Program-made: the position numbers and the translations under genes
NCBI RefSeq assembly: GCF_006345805.1
Contig: NW_021833252.1
Span: forward strand, 1 to 64,000
DNA: 64,000 nt
Direction of reading: 5' to 3'
DNA from: Octopus sinensis
Lineage: Eukaryota
Shown: piece after piece, positions 1-11,050 of the stretch
How positions within the stretch are numbered: position 1 is the first letter of the stretch
Layout of the letters: every line of letters begins with the position of its first letter
The notes under the pieces: model-generated
What the model was told of the DNA's origin: nothing
The model's input: the letters and a program-made list of their open reading frames with translations, nothing else
The model's database searches: none

Positions 1-32
1 TAGATAAAATAAAAAAAATATATATATATTTG

Positions 33-177
33 TGATAGCCTTCTTTCAGTTTCTGTCTACCAAATCCACTCACAAGGCTTTGGTCAGCCCGAGGCTATAG
101 TAGAAGGTGCCGTGCAGTGGAACTGAACCCAGAACCGTGTGGTTGGGATACAAATTTCTTGCAACACGGCTACACCT
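33..177 (-). mobile_element. tRNA-derived SINE family A, 5' part
   Basis: Matches the CTTCTTTCAGTTTCCGTCTACCAAATCCACTCACAAGG...GGGACTGAACCC motif that recurs >10 times in the window. The reverse complement has Pol III A/B-box-like motifs. Confidence 0.8.
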
Positions 178-854
178 GTTATTACAATCTGTTGTCTATG
201 TTCACCGCTATTTTATCGGGAAACAAAATGACGGCGATGAAGTAATTTGACTAAGCTGGTTTTAGAAATATTTCCACTTAACCGCAATAATTTTCAGTGC
301 ATTTGTAAGCCTCGGAACCCGCAAAACATAAACACATTGTTTCTGAACATTTATATAAGACGGACTTCATTCAATTTATCGTCTACCATAACCGCTCACA
401 AGGCTTTGGTCGGGCCGAGCCTATTGCAGAAGACACTTACCCAAGGTGCCACGCAGTGGGGACGGCTTTGCATTAACCCAGAAACGAAACTTAACTTAAC
501 ATTGACAGACGACAGAGAATCGAAAATAATACACGTGCCCAGAGATATACGTACGAAGCCAGACATATACAGAAGTAGACGGACTTGAACTAAGCTTATT
601 GGAATAGGATCCACATCTTAAATAAATGCAGAAATTCGTAATGGCGTACGCTGTTAGAAATTTAATGCGTTTACAAATAAGACGTATTTTGTGACTAAAT
701 ACGATTTTAGCCAACGGTTGAAGGAAAGTAGATCTGTGTGGAATGAATGCTTCGCTCTTGTTAGAAAAGCAGTTTCTTCATTCTAATTGCATGTAATTTC
801 AAGATTTCTGAATCAAGGTTGTTTAGACATTTCAGTTACCAAAACATACAAGCA

Positions 855-1096
855 TCTCTCTCTTTCTCTCTCTCTTTTTCTCTCCCCCACTCCCTCTGTC
901 CATCTATCTGTATGTGTATGTTGATATATATATATATATGTACACACACAGACACACACACACACACAAATAGTATGTATAATATACATGTGTGTGTGAG
1001 TATATGTGTGTAAGTATATGCATATATATAGGGCATACATCGTAACTATATAGATGTATATATGTCTGTGTGTGTGTATTATATGTGTGTGTCTAT

Positions 1097-1130
<34 letters not shown>

Positions 1131-1255
1131 TATATATATATATGTATGTATATATATATATATGTATGTATATATATAGTGTATACATATCTATAGAATG
1201 CATATATACATTTATATATAGATTTATATCGATACTATTATACATATATATACAA

Positions 1256-1343
<88 letters not shown>

Positions 1344-1450
1344 CTCTCTTTCTCTCTCTCTCTCCTCTCTCTCTATCTATAATCTATCTATCTATCATCT
1401 ATCTATCTATTCATCCATCCATCCATCCACACACACACGTATATATATGT
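855..1450. repeat. Compound microsatellite (CT)n/(TA)n/(CA)n/(TATC)n
   Basis: Read directly. Confidence 0.95.
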
Positions 1451-1557
1451 ATCTATATCGTTAGATGGATTGGCAAAGAGAGAGAGATAGAGATAGAGCT
1501 GTCTGTCTGTTTATATCTAGGTCGTTAAATAGATAGGGAGAAAAAAAAAGAAATAAC

Positions 1558-1598
<41 letters not shown>

Positions 1599-1848
1599 TA
1601 ATAAAATCAAGCATCTATTAGCAAAACTACATGGTATAACATAATCTTATAAACACACACACACACACACACATGCTCGCTCACAAGCGCGTGTGCGCGC
1701 GCGCGCGTGTGTGTGAGCAGGATATTACAATATGGCACCACCCCGGTAGTGGGTCGGCGGCGGCCGAGGAGGTGAACACATGGCCCTCACAGACCAACTG
1801 GAATAGATTAAATCAATTAAATCCAAACAGTGCCCATGATTAAGTTTC

Positions 1849-1881
<33 letters not shown>

Positions 1882-1910
1882 TATTATTATTATTATCATT
1901 ATTATTATTA

Positions 1911-1942
<32 letters not shown>

Positions 1943-1956
1943 TATTATTATTATTA

Positions 1957-1987
<31 letters not shown>

Positions 1988-2219
1988 CATTATTATTATT
2001 ATCATTATTATTTATTATTATTATTATTATAATTATTATCATTATTATTATATCATTATTATTTATTATTTATTTTATATTATTATCATTATTATTATTA
2101 TTATCATATTATTATTATTATCATCATTATTATTATTTATTATTATTATTATTATTTATTATTATTATTATCATTATTATTATTATTTATTATTATTATT
2201 ATCATTATTATTATTATTA

Positions 2220-2250
<31 letters not shown>

Positions 2251-2300
2251 CATTATTATTATTATTATTATTATTATTGTTGTTGTTGTTGTTCTTGTTT
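1849..2300. repeat. (ATT)n trinucleotide microsatellite
   Basis: About 450 bp of imperfect ATT repeats. It explains the poly-Y/L/I ORF at 1830-2324. Confidence 0.95.
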
Positions 2301-2367
2301 ATAATCATTCTTTATTTACGTTGAATGGTTCGGATGGTCGTAGCTTCTGTTTCCAACTGTACTTCGA

Positions 2368-3010
<643 letters not shown>

Positions 3011-3147
3011 CACATTTATAAACCGGCGGCACACTTGTATAGAATTCCATCAACTTATATTTAGAAGGAAACCAAGGAAGATTTATTACAGTAAAATCCA
3101 AACAAAAACTCACACACACACACACACATATATATATATACATATAT

Positions 3148-3273
3148 ACGACGGGCTTCTTTCAGTTTCCGTCTACCAAATCCACTCACAAGGCTTTGGT
3201 CGGCCCGAGGCTATAGTAGAAGACACTTGCCCAAGGTGCCACGCAGTGGGACTGAACCCGGAACCATGTGGTT
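3148..3273 (-). mobile_element. SINE family A fragment
   Basis: Family A motif, ending just before the Helitron at 3287. Confidence 0.8.
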
Positions 3274-3286
3274 CATATATAAGGAA

Positions 3287-3669
3287 TCTCTCTCTATATA
3301 AACGGCAGTTTGTCTGTGCGTTTTCTGTGTGTCTGTTTTCTCGTACCCTCACTCTGACCACGGCTTTCAACCGATTCTGATGAAACTTGACACACACATA
3401 GCCCAATGTCATAATTCAAAACTAACGCAGCGAAAATTTTGAAAAGTTCCCCCAGTTCTGAAAAATCGATAAATTCGACATGGGGTCGAGAATCAGAAAC
3501 ACAAACCACAGACCGTCTAGGGGACGCAACTCCACCTTTTTAACTCTCAAAAAAAATTTACCATCATTTTTTTTCCATTTTTTTTGCTATTTTTTGGCTA
3601 TAACTCTCTAAAAATGCTTTATAGTTATTTTCCCTTACAAACCTGAGCAACGCCGGGCGATACTGCTAG
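3287..3669 (+). mobile_element. Non-autonomous Helitron
   Basis: A|TC 5' end, CCTGAGCAACGCCGGG hairpin-type motif about 10 nt before a CTAG|T 3' end, no TSD. A near-identical copy is at 28447-28830. Confidence 0.8.
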
Positions 3670-3993
3670 TTTATAATAAAGGGGAATAGACATATATATC
3701 CAGTTTTATTCAGCAGTTAATTCTTTCCATTTCTGCATCTACACATGTTTCTATACCTACCTACACACACACACACAAGACTAGGGATCTCTCATCCCTA
3801 ATACATACGTACATACATATTATGTCGGTAGGGTTAAAGTTCAAGATGCGTCCATTTGAAGAGTTTCTAATAGGAGATATCTTACATGTTTATACTACTT
3901 GCAGATTTATATAATTTCTGTTAGTAAAAGAAACGTGTAATGAGGAATAAATATTAGGTTTTTCCAAACCCCTTTTGATCTATGCGAGGAATA

Positions 3994-4285
3994 TTCGTGG
4001 TATGTTCAATAAATATCCGGACTGTTGCCTTATTAACTAAGCTAAAGCATGCAGAGTGAAGCCGCTTGGCACACATTGACCTCAAACTCTGCTGTGCATG
4101 TGCACTAAGTTTTAACGTTCTAGCTCACTTCCGCTGTTTACAGCAATGCTTGGAAGGAAGGTGTGTAGCGTGTGATCATCGCATTGACCATGGCAGAGAA
4201 AGCTGAGCAGAGAATTTGCATCAAATTTTGCCAAAAGCTTGGTGATACCTGCTCAGAGACCTGTACAAAGTTTTCAAAAAGCTTT
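3994..4285 (+). mobile_element. Mariner-like transposon 5' fragment (TIR plus transposase N-terminus)
   Basis: TA then TTCGTGGTATGTTCAATAAATATCCGGACT (mariner-type TIR). ATG at 4190 opens MAEKAEQRICIKFCQKLGDTCSET, typical of a mariner N-terminal HTH. Confidence 0.7.
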
Positions 4286-4394
4286 CATCATTCTCGATAC
4301 AATCAAGGGGATCTTATGCAACTGAAACCCGATTGTATTCTTGGTCAGCTGAAAGCAATTTTTGGTACAAACTTGGCAGACACACGTCTCATAC

Positions 4395-4526
4395 GTGTCG
4401 AGCAAATCGACCCCAGGACTTATTCTTCGTAAGCCTAGTACTTATTCTATCGGACTCTTTTGCCGAACCGCTAAGTTACGGGGGCGTAAACACACAAGCA
4501 TCGGTTGTCAAGCAATGTTGGGGGAA

Positions 4527-4557
<31 letters not shown>

Positions 4558-4649
4558 CACACACACACACACACATACATATATACGACTTGCTTCTTTC
4601 AGTTTCCGTCTACCAAATCCACTCACAAGGCTTTGGTCGGCCCGAGGCT
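4395..4649 (-). mobile_element. SINE family A, partial, with internal (CA)n
   Basis: Matches the full-length copies at 8447-8850 and 24645-25037. Confidence 0.8.
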
Positions 4650-4925
4650 TCCGTGATGATGGACTGAACTGAACCGTAACTAATCTGCTCATCCTCTGAT
4701 AACTCTCACGGATGGTGATTCGACGATTTCCCCTTACAGCTGCACGCACATTTGCGATGTTTTCTCAGTTCTGCTGGTTGTGGGTCTCCCAGACCTTTCG
4801 TCAATATCGACATTTTTCGGCCAGTTTTAAACGTCTGAACCATTCGCACACTTGCGTACGGCTTACAGACTTCTCTCTTCATACACATTCTGCATCTTTG
4901 CGGAGGCCTCTGAGCAGGTATCTTA
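4650..4925 (-). pseudogene. Mariner transposase N-terminal remnant
   Basis: The minus strand translates, with frameshifts, to DTCSEASAKMQNVYEERS..RTQVCEWFRR..DERSGRPTTSRT..NRRITIRELSEDEQISYGSVQSIITE, the mariner bipartite HTH region. Confidence 0.7.
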
Positions 4926-5212
4926 AAGTATATCTTAAAGTATATGATGTAATGCAGTGTTTCTCAATCCTTGTTTCACCTATGGACCCACTGGATCCCT
5001 ATTTTGCTCTGCAGAAACCCCATAACCGTTGAAAGTATAATAATAATAAAAAAAAACCCTGCTGTATTTTTAGAATTAATTTCGAAACCGCACAAAGCAA
5101 TAAAGTTGTAACAAAGCCCGTTTGATAAAGGTTTCAGGCGTGGCATGCAGACCTTCAGATAACTTGTTTGACATTGGGTTCTTTTTCTTCTCTTCCGTTT
5201 TACGCATCCTGT

Positions 5213-7116
5213 GGAGGCGCAATGGCCCAGTGGTTAGGGCAGCGGACTCGCGGTCGTAGGATCGCGGTTTCGATTCCCAGACCGGGCGTTGTGAGTGTTT
5301 ATTGAGCGAAAACACCTAAATCTCCACGAGGCTCCGGCAGGGGATGGTGGTGATCCCTGCTGTACTCTTTCACCACAACTTTCTCCCACTCTTATTTCCT
5401 GTTTCTGTTGTACCTGTATTTCAAAGGGCCGGCCTTGTCACTCTCTGTGTCACGCTGAATATCCCCGAGAACTACGGTAAGGGTACACGTGTCTGTGGAG
5501 TGCTCAGCCACTTACACGTTAATTTCACCGGCAGGGGGTGGTGATCCCTGCTGTACTCTTTCACCACAACTTTCTCCCACTCTATTTCCCTGTTTCTGTT
5601 GTACCTGTATTTCAAAGGGCCGGCCTTGTCACTCTCTGTGTCACGCTGAATATCCCCGAGAACTACGGTAAGGGTACACGTGTCTGTGGAGTGCTCAGCC
5701 ACTTACACGTTAATTTCACCGGCAGGGGGTGGTGATCCCTGCTGTACTCTTTCACCACAACTTTCTCCCACTCTTATTTCCTGTTTCTGTTGTACCTGTA
5801 TTTCAAAGGGCCGGCCTTGTCACTCTCTGTGTCACGCTGAATATCCCCGAGAACTACGGTAAGGGTACACGTGTCTGTGGAGTGCTCAGCCACTTACACG
5901 TTAATTTCACCGGCAGGGGGTGGTGATCCCTGCTGTACTCTTTCACCACAACTTTCTCCCACTCTTATTTTGTTTCTGTTGTACCTGTATTTCAAAAGGC
6001 CGGCCTTGTCACTCTCTGTGTCACGCTGAATATCCCCGAGAACTACGGTAAGGGTACACGTGTCTGTGGAGTGCTCAGCCACTTACACGTTAATTTCACC
6101 GGCAGGGGGTGGTGATCCCTGCGTACTCTTTCACTACAACTTTCTCCCACTCTTATTTCCTGTTTCTGTTGTACCTGTATTTCAAAAGGCCGGCCTTGTC
6201 ACTCTCTGTGTCACGCTGAATATCCCCGAGAACTACGGTAAGGGTACACGTGTCTGTGGAGTGCTCAGCCACTTACACGTTAATTTCACCGGCAGGGGGT
6301 GGTGATCCCTGCTGTACTCTTTCACCACAACTTTCTCCCACTCTTATTTCCTGTTTCTGTTGTACCTGTATTTCAAAGGGCCGGCCTTGTCACTCTCTGT
6401 GTCACGCTGAATATCCCCGAGAACTACGGTAAGGGTACACGTGTCTGTGGAGTGCTCAGCCACTTACACATTAATTTCACCGGCAGGGGGTGGTGATCCC
6501 TGCTGTACTCTTTCACCACAACTTTCTCCCACTCTTATTTCCTGTTTCTGTTGTACCTGTATTTCAAAAGGCCGGCCTTGTCACCTCTGTGTCATGCTGA
6601 ATATCCCCGAGAACTACGGTAAGGGTACACGTGTCTGTGGAGTGCTCAGCCACTTACACATTTTTCACCGGCAGGGGGTGGTGATCCTGCTGTACTCTTT
6701 CACCACAACTTTCTCCCACTCTTATTTCCTGTTTCTGTTGTACCTGTATTTCAAAAGGCCGGCCTTGTCACTCTCTGTTCACGCTGAATATCCCCGAGAA
6801 CTAGGGTAAGGGTACACGTGTCTGTGGAGTGCTCAGCCACTTACACGTTAATTTCACCGGCGGGGGGTGGTGATCCCGCTGTACTCTTTCACCACAACTT
6901 TCTCCCACTCTTATTTCCTGTTTCTGTTGTACCTGTATTTCAAAGGGCCGGCCTTGTCACTCTCTGTGTCACGCTGAATATCCCCGAGAACTACGGTAAG
7001 GGTACACGTGTCTGTGGAGTGCTCAGCCACTTACACGTTAATTTCACGAGCAGGCTGTTCCGTTGATCGGATCAACCGGAACCCTCGTCGTCGTAACCGA
7101 CGGAGTGCTTCCTCCC
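5213..7116 (+). mobile_element. tRNA-derived SINE family C containing nine tandem copies of an internal 191-bp segment
   Basis: Head GGAGGCGCAATGGCCCAGTGG (A box) ... GGTTTCGATTCCC (B box). 14-bp TSD with one mismatch: TTTACGCATCCTGT (5199-5212) and TTTACGCATCCAGT (7117-7130). Confidence 0.9.
5333..7047 (+). repeat. Tandem repeat, 190-191-bp unit x9
   Basis: Period seen in recurring ORF starts (5489, 5680, 6060, 6250, 6441, 6818, 7008) and in the TTAATTTCAC junctions. Confidence 0.95.
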
Positions 7117-7424
7117 TTTACGCATCCAGTGTACAAATCCGCATTGCGTATTCAAATTTGTTTTTCCGGTTCGCACTCAAAACTGCTTACAGATCACAAC
7201 CATCTCACGAATCTGCGTTTGCCGAGGCGGGCGTCGCGCTGCGATAGTTGTGACAGAAATTAAAATGTTTCAGGTATTGTAGAAATATAAACAATTTATT
7301 GCAGATAAATTTAAACACCAAAATTTAATATATCCCCCCGCCACACACACACACGAGGGCCATATGGAGCTTGACTGAGAACCTCAGATATAGCGAGGAG
7401 AGTGATGCTGATGACGATGGTAAG

Positions 7425-7650
7425 CAGAATCGTTAGCACGCCGGGCGAAATGCTTAGCGGTATTTCGTCTGCCGTTACGTTGTGAGTTCAAATTCCGCCG
7501 AGGTCGACTTTGCCTTTCATCCTTTCGGGGTCGATAAATTGAGTACCAGTTAAGCACTGGGGTCGATGTAATCGACTTAATACCTATGTCTGTCCATGTT
7601 TGTCCCCTCTATGTTCAGCCCCTTGTGGGTAATAAAGAAATAGGTATTTG
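7425..7650 (+). mobile_element. tRNA-derived SINE family B
   Basis: CGTTAGCACGCCGGGCGAAATGC...GAGTTCAAATTCC (B box)...AATAAAGAAA. Same family as 23284 and 27620. Confidence 0.85.
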
Positions 7651-7789
7651 TGATGGTAGTGATGGTAGCGGCAGTTAATGGGGGTGGTGAGAAGAATGGT
7701 CATAATTTTGGTGTTGGTGGGGGTGGTGGTGGTAGTTAACAGCTGTGGTGGCGGTGGGGATGATTACTTAGTAATAGTAATGGTGTGTC

Positions 7790-7930
7790 AAGGCAGCGAG
7801 GCTGGCAGAAACGTTAGCAGGCCGGGCGAAATGCTTAGCGGCATTTCGCCTGCCGCTACGTTCTGAGTTCAAATTCCGCCTAGGTCGACTTTGCCTTTCA
7901 TCCTTTCGGGGTCGATTAAATAAGTACTAA
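7790..7930 (+). mobile_element. SINE family B, 3'-truncated, followed by a family A fragment to about 8060
   Basis: Identity to the family B head and body. Confidence 0.75.
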
Positions 7931-8195
7931 TTACGCTTCCCAACCACATGGTTTCGGATTCAGTCCCACTGGTACCTTGGGCGAGTATCTTCTGCTATAG
8001 CCTCGGGCCTTGCGAGTGGATTTTCTGGACAGAAACTGAAAGAAGCCCTTCGTATATATATATATATATATATATAATAATAATATTTCTATGGTGTAAT
8101 TTAATTTTTCATTTTGAATTGATAAAAGGTGTTTTTTTCTAATATATATATATATATATATATAATATGTATGTATGTATGTATGTATGTATATA

Positions 8196-8228
<33 letters not shown>

Positions 8229-8239
8229 CTGTGTGTGTG

Positions 8240-8425
8240 TTTGTCCGCTACAGTCGCTTGACAACCGATGCTGGTGTGTCACGACCCTGTAACTTAACGG
8301 TTTGGCAAAAGAGATCCCATAGAATAAGTACTAGGCTTACAAAGAATAAGTGCTGGGGTTGATTTGCTCGACTAAAGACGCTGCTCCAGCATGGTCGCAG
8401 TCAAATGACTAAAACGAAAGAAATA
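8240..8425 (+). mobile_element. SINE family A, 3' half
   Basis: Matches the 3' half of 8447-8850. Confidence 0.75.
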
Positions 8426-8446
8426 GACGAAATTTATATATATGTA

Positions 8447-8850
8447 GGCGCAGGAGTGGCTGTGTGGTAAGTAGCTTGTTTACCAACCACATGGTTCCGG
8501 GTTCAGTCCCATTGCATGGCACCTTGGGCAAGTATCTTCTACTATAGCCTCGGGCCGACCAATGCCTTGTGAGTGGATTTGGTAAACGGAAACTGAAAGA
8601 AGCCCGTCGTATATAAGTATATATTATTATGTGTGTGGCGTGATGTTTTGTGTGTCTGTGTTTGTCCCCCTAGCATTGCTTGACAACCGATGCTGGTGTG
8701 TTTACGTCCCCGTAACTTAGCGGTTCGGCAAAGGAGACTGATAGAATAAGTACTGGGCTTACAAAGAATAAGTCCCGGGGTCGATTTGCTCGATTAAAGG
8801 CGGTGCTCCAGCATGGCCGCAGTCAAAATGACTGAAACAAGTAAATAGAG
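8447..8850 (+). mobile_element. SINE family A, full length
   Basis: GGAGTGGCTGTGTGG (A-box-like), GGTTCAGTCCC (B-box-like), then CCTTGGGCAAGT (CORE-like start), an internal TA/TG microsatellite and an A-rich tail. It may correspond to a described octopus CORE-type SINE (not verified). Confidence 0.9.
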
Positions 8851-8889
8851 AAGAAGAGAAAGAGAGAATATGTGTGTGTGTGTGTGGTG

Positions 8890-8927
<38 letters not shown>

Positions 8928-8976
8928 CACACACAACATTATACACTAATACACACACACACTCACACACACACAC

Positions 8977-9014
<38 letters not shown>

Positions 9015-9389
9015 TTTTCGTTCGCTTCTCAACGATGACCTTCATACATTAACCCTGGCCTCTTTGATGGCTGAGCAGTCCAATTCAGAACTTACCAGAT
9101 CTGTTCGCTGCGTGAACACGTGACCGCGGAGGCACAATGGCCTCAGCGACGGTGATAATGGCAGCCATTATGTTTTGCACAACCCCTTCGTCTTCGTTCT
9201 CCCGTTTTCCCGTCGTTCCCCTCCACTGCACTCCATGCCCCACCCCCGGTCCAGCCTTCCGTGACCTCTCGGTCCTTCGATTTGATCTTGTTTTTCCTCT
9301 AAGTCTTCGGCTTCTGGTCGTGTTCCTTACACACATGTGTGCACACTTACATAAAACACTATATGAGTGTGTGTGTGTAAAAGGAATTG

Positions 9390-9436
9390 TGCATGCATAT
9401 ATACATATATATGTAAATATATGTATATTTGAATGC

Positions 9437-9484
<48 letters not shown>

Positions 9485-9822
9485 GTATATGTGCATATAC
9501 ATATATATTTATATACATATGTATATATATATATTATATATATATATATATTATATGTATGTATGTATACATATATTTATATGTATGTATGTATGTATAC
9601 ATATATTTATATGTATGTATGTATACATATATTTATATGTATGTATGTATGTATACATATATTTATATATATACATATGTATGTATGTATGTATACATAT
9701 ATTTATATATATATACATATGTATATATGTATACATATATTTATATAATAAAACTCAATATATACATATGTATATAGATATGTACATCTATATGTAAATA
9801 GATACATATATCTATCTATCTA

Positions 9823-9861
<39 letters not shown>

Positions 9862-10050
9862 TATGTGATATATGTATACATGTATATATATATATGTATA
9901 GATATGTATATGTGTGTGTATATATATATATATATGTATAGATATGTATATGTGTATATATATACATATATATATATGTATAGATATATATGTATATATA
10001 TATATATATATATATAATCTGTACAGACATATACGTATGTATATACGTAT
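9390..10050. repeat. (TA)n/(TATG)n microsatellite
   Basis: Read directly. Confidence 0.95.
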
Positions 10051-10218
10051 ATATGTATATGTTTGTATCATATGCGCGCACGCGCCCCCGTAGACACACA
10101 CACACACACAAATATACGTTAATTAATGAGCGAAAGAGGAAATATGTGTCTGATGTGTGTGTCTGTGTGTGTGTATGAGAGAGAGAGAAAGTGAGGGAGT
10201 GAGTGAAAGGCAGAGGAG

Positions 10219-10378
10219 GCAAGAGGAAAAACGATTTAGCTGTAAATGAGAGAGAGAAGGGATTAGGATCTTTTTGCTTTTCCATGCAACGTGATTCGAG
10301 TTTCAAGACTTCCAATTGGCCATCGTCTGTTTTTGTGAAAACGCATTCACGTGGTAGGTTGATAGATATACGTATGCC

Positions 10379-10435
<57 letters not shown>

Positions 10436-10458
10436 GAGACAGACAAACAGGGAAAGAT
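10219..10458. repeat. Unclassified low-copy unit embedded in (GA)n/(GATA)n, copy a
   Basis: Repeated directly at 10851-10996 and inverted at 21295-21515. Confidence 0.85.
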
Positions 10459-10459
10459 A

Positions 10460-10484
10460 TAGGTTTATAGGTAGACAGACAGAT

Positions 10485-10521
<37 letters not shown>

Positions 10522-10527
10522 CAGACA

Positions 10528-10582
<55 letters not shown>

Positions 10583-10605
10583 GACTGGTAAATAGAAAGG
10601 TAGAT

Positions 10606-10644
<39 letters not shown>

Positions 10645-10749
10645 TAGATAGATAGATAGACAAATAGACTGGTAGATAAATAGATAGATAGACAGATAGA
10701 TAGATCGATAGATAGATAGATAGATCGATCGATAGATATAGATAGATAG

Positions 10750-10780
<31 letters not shown>

Positions 10781-10845
10781 TAGAGAGACAGACAGATAGA
10801 CACATAGATAGATAGATAGATAGATAGAGAAAGAGAGATAGAGGT
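10460..10845. repeat. (GATA)n microsatellite
   Basis: Read directly. Confidence 0.95.
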
Positions 10846-10850
10846 GGAGG

Positions 10851-10996
10851 GCAAGAGGAAAAACGATTTAGCTGTAAATGAGAGATGAAGGGATTAGGAT
10901 CTTTTTGCTTTTCCATGCAACGTGATTCGAGTTTCAAGACTTCCAATTGGCCATCGTGTGTTTTTGTGAAAACGCATTCACGTGGTAGGTTGATAG
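10851..10996. repeat. Unclassified low-copy unit, copy b
   Basis: Near-identical to 10219-10370. Confidence 0.85.
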
Positions 10997-11050
10997 GTAA
11001 ATAGACTGATGGAAAGAAAGACAGACAGATAGATAGATCGATAGATAGAT

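Noticed and set aside
247-588. 113-aa ORF
   Set aside because: It has a TTG start, crosses a SINE A fragment and shows no recognisable domain.
1730-1815. Short GC-rich island as a minus-strand exon (TTCCAG acceptor)
   Set aside because: No convincing donor or recognisable peptide, and it is too short to support.
5213-5290. SINE heads as functional tRNA genes
   Set aside because: They run on into SINE bodies with TSDs and lack a complete cloverleaf.
5295-7263. Repeated 60-120 aa ORFs in the 191-bp array
   Set aside because: They derive from SINE sequence, each unit has stops and there is no protein signature.
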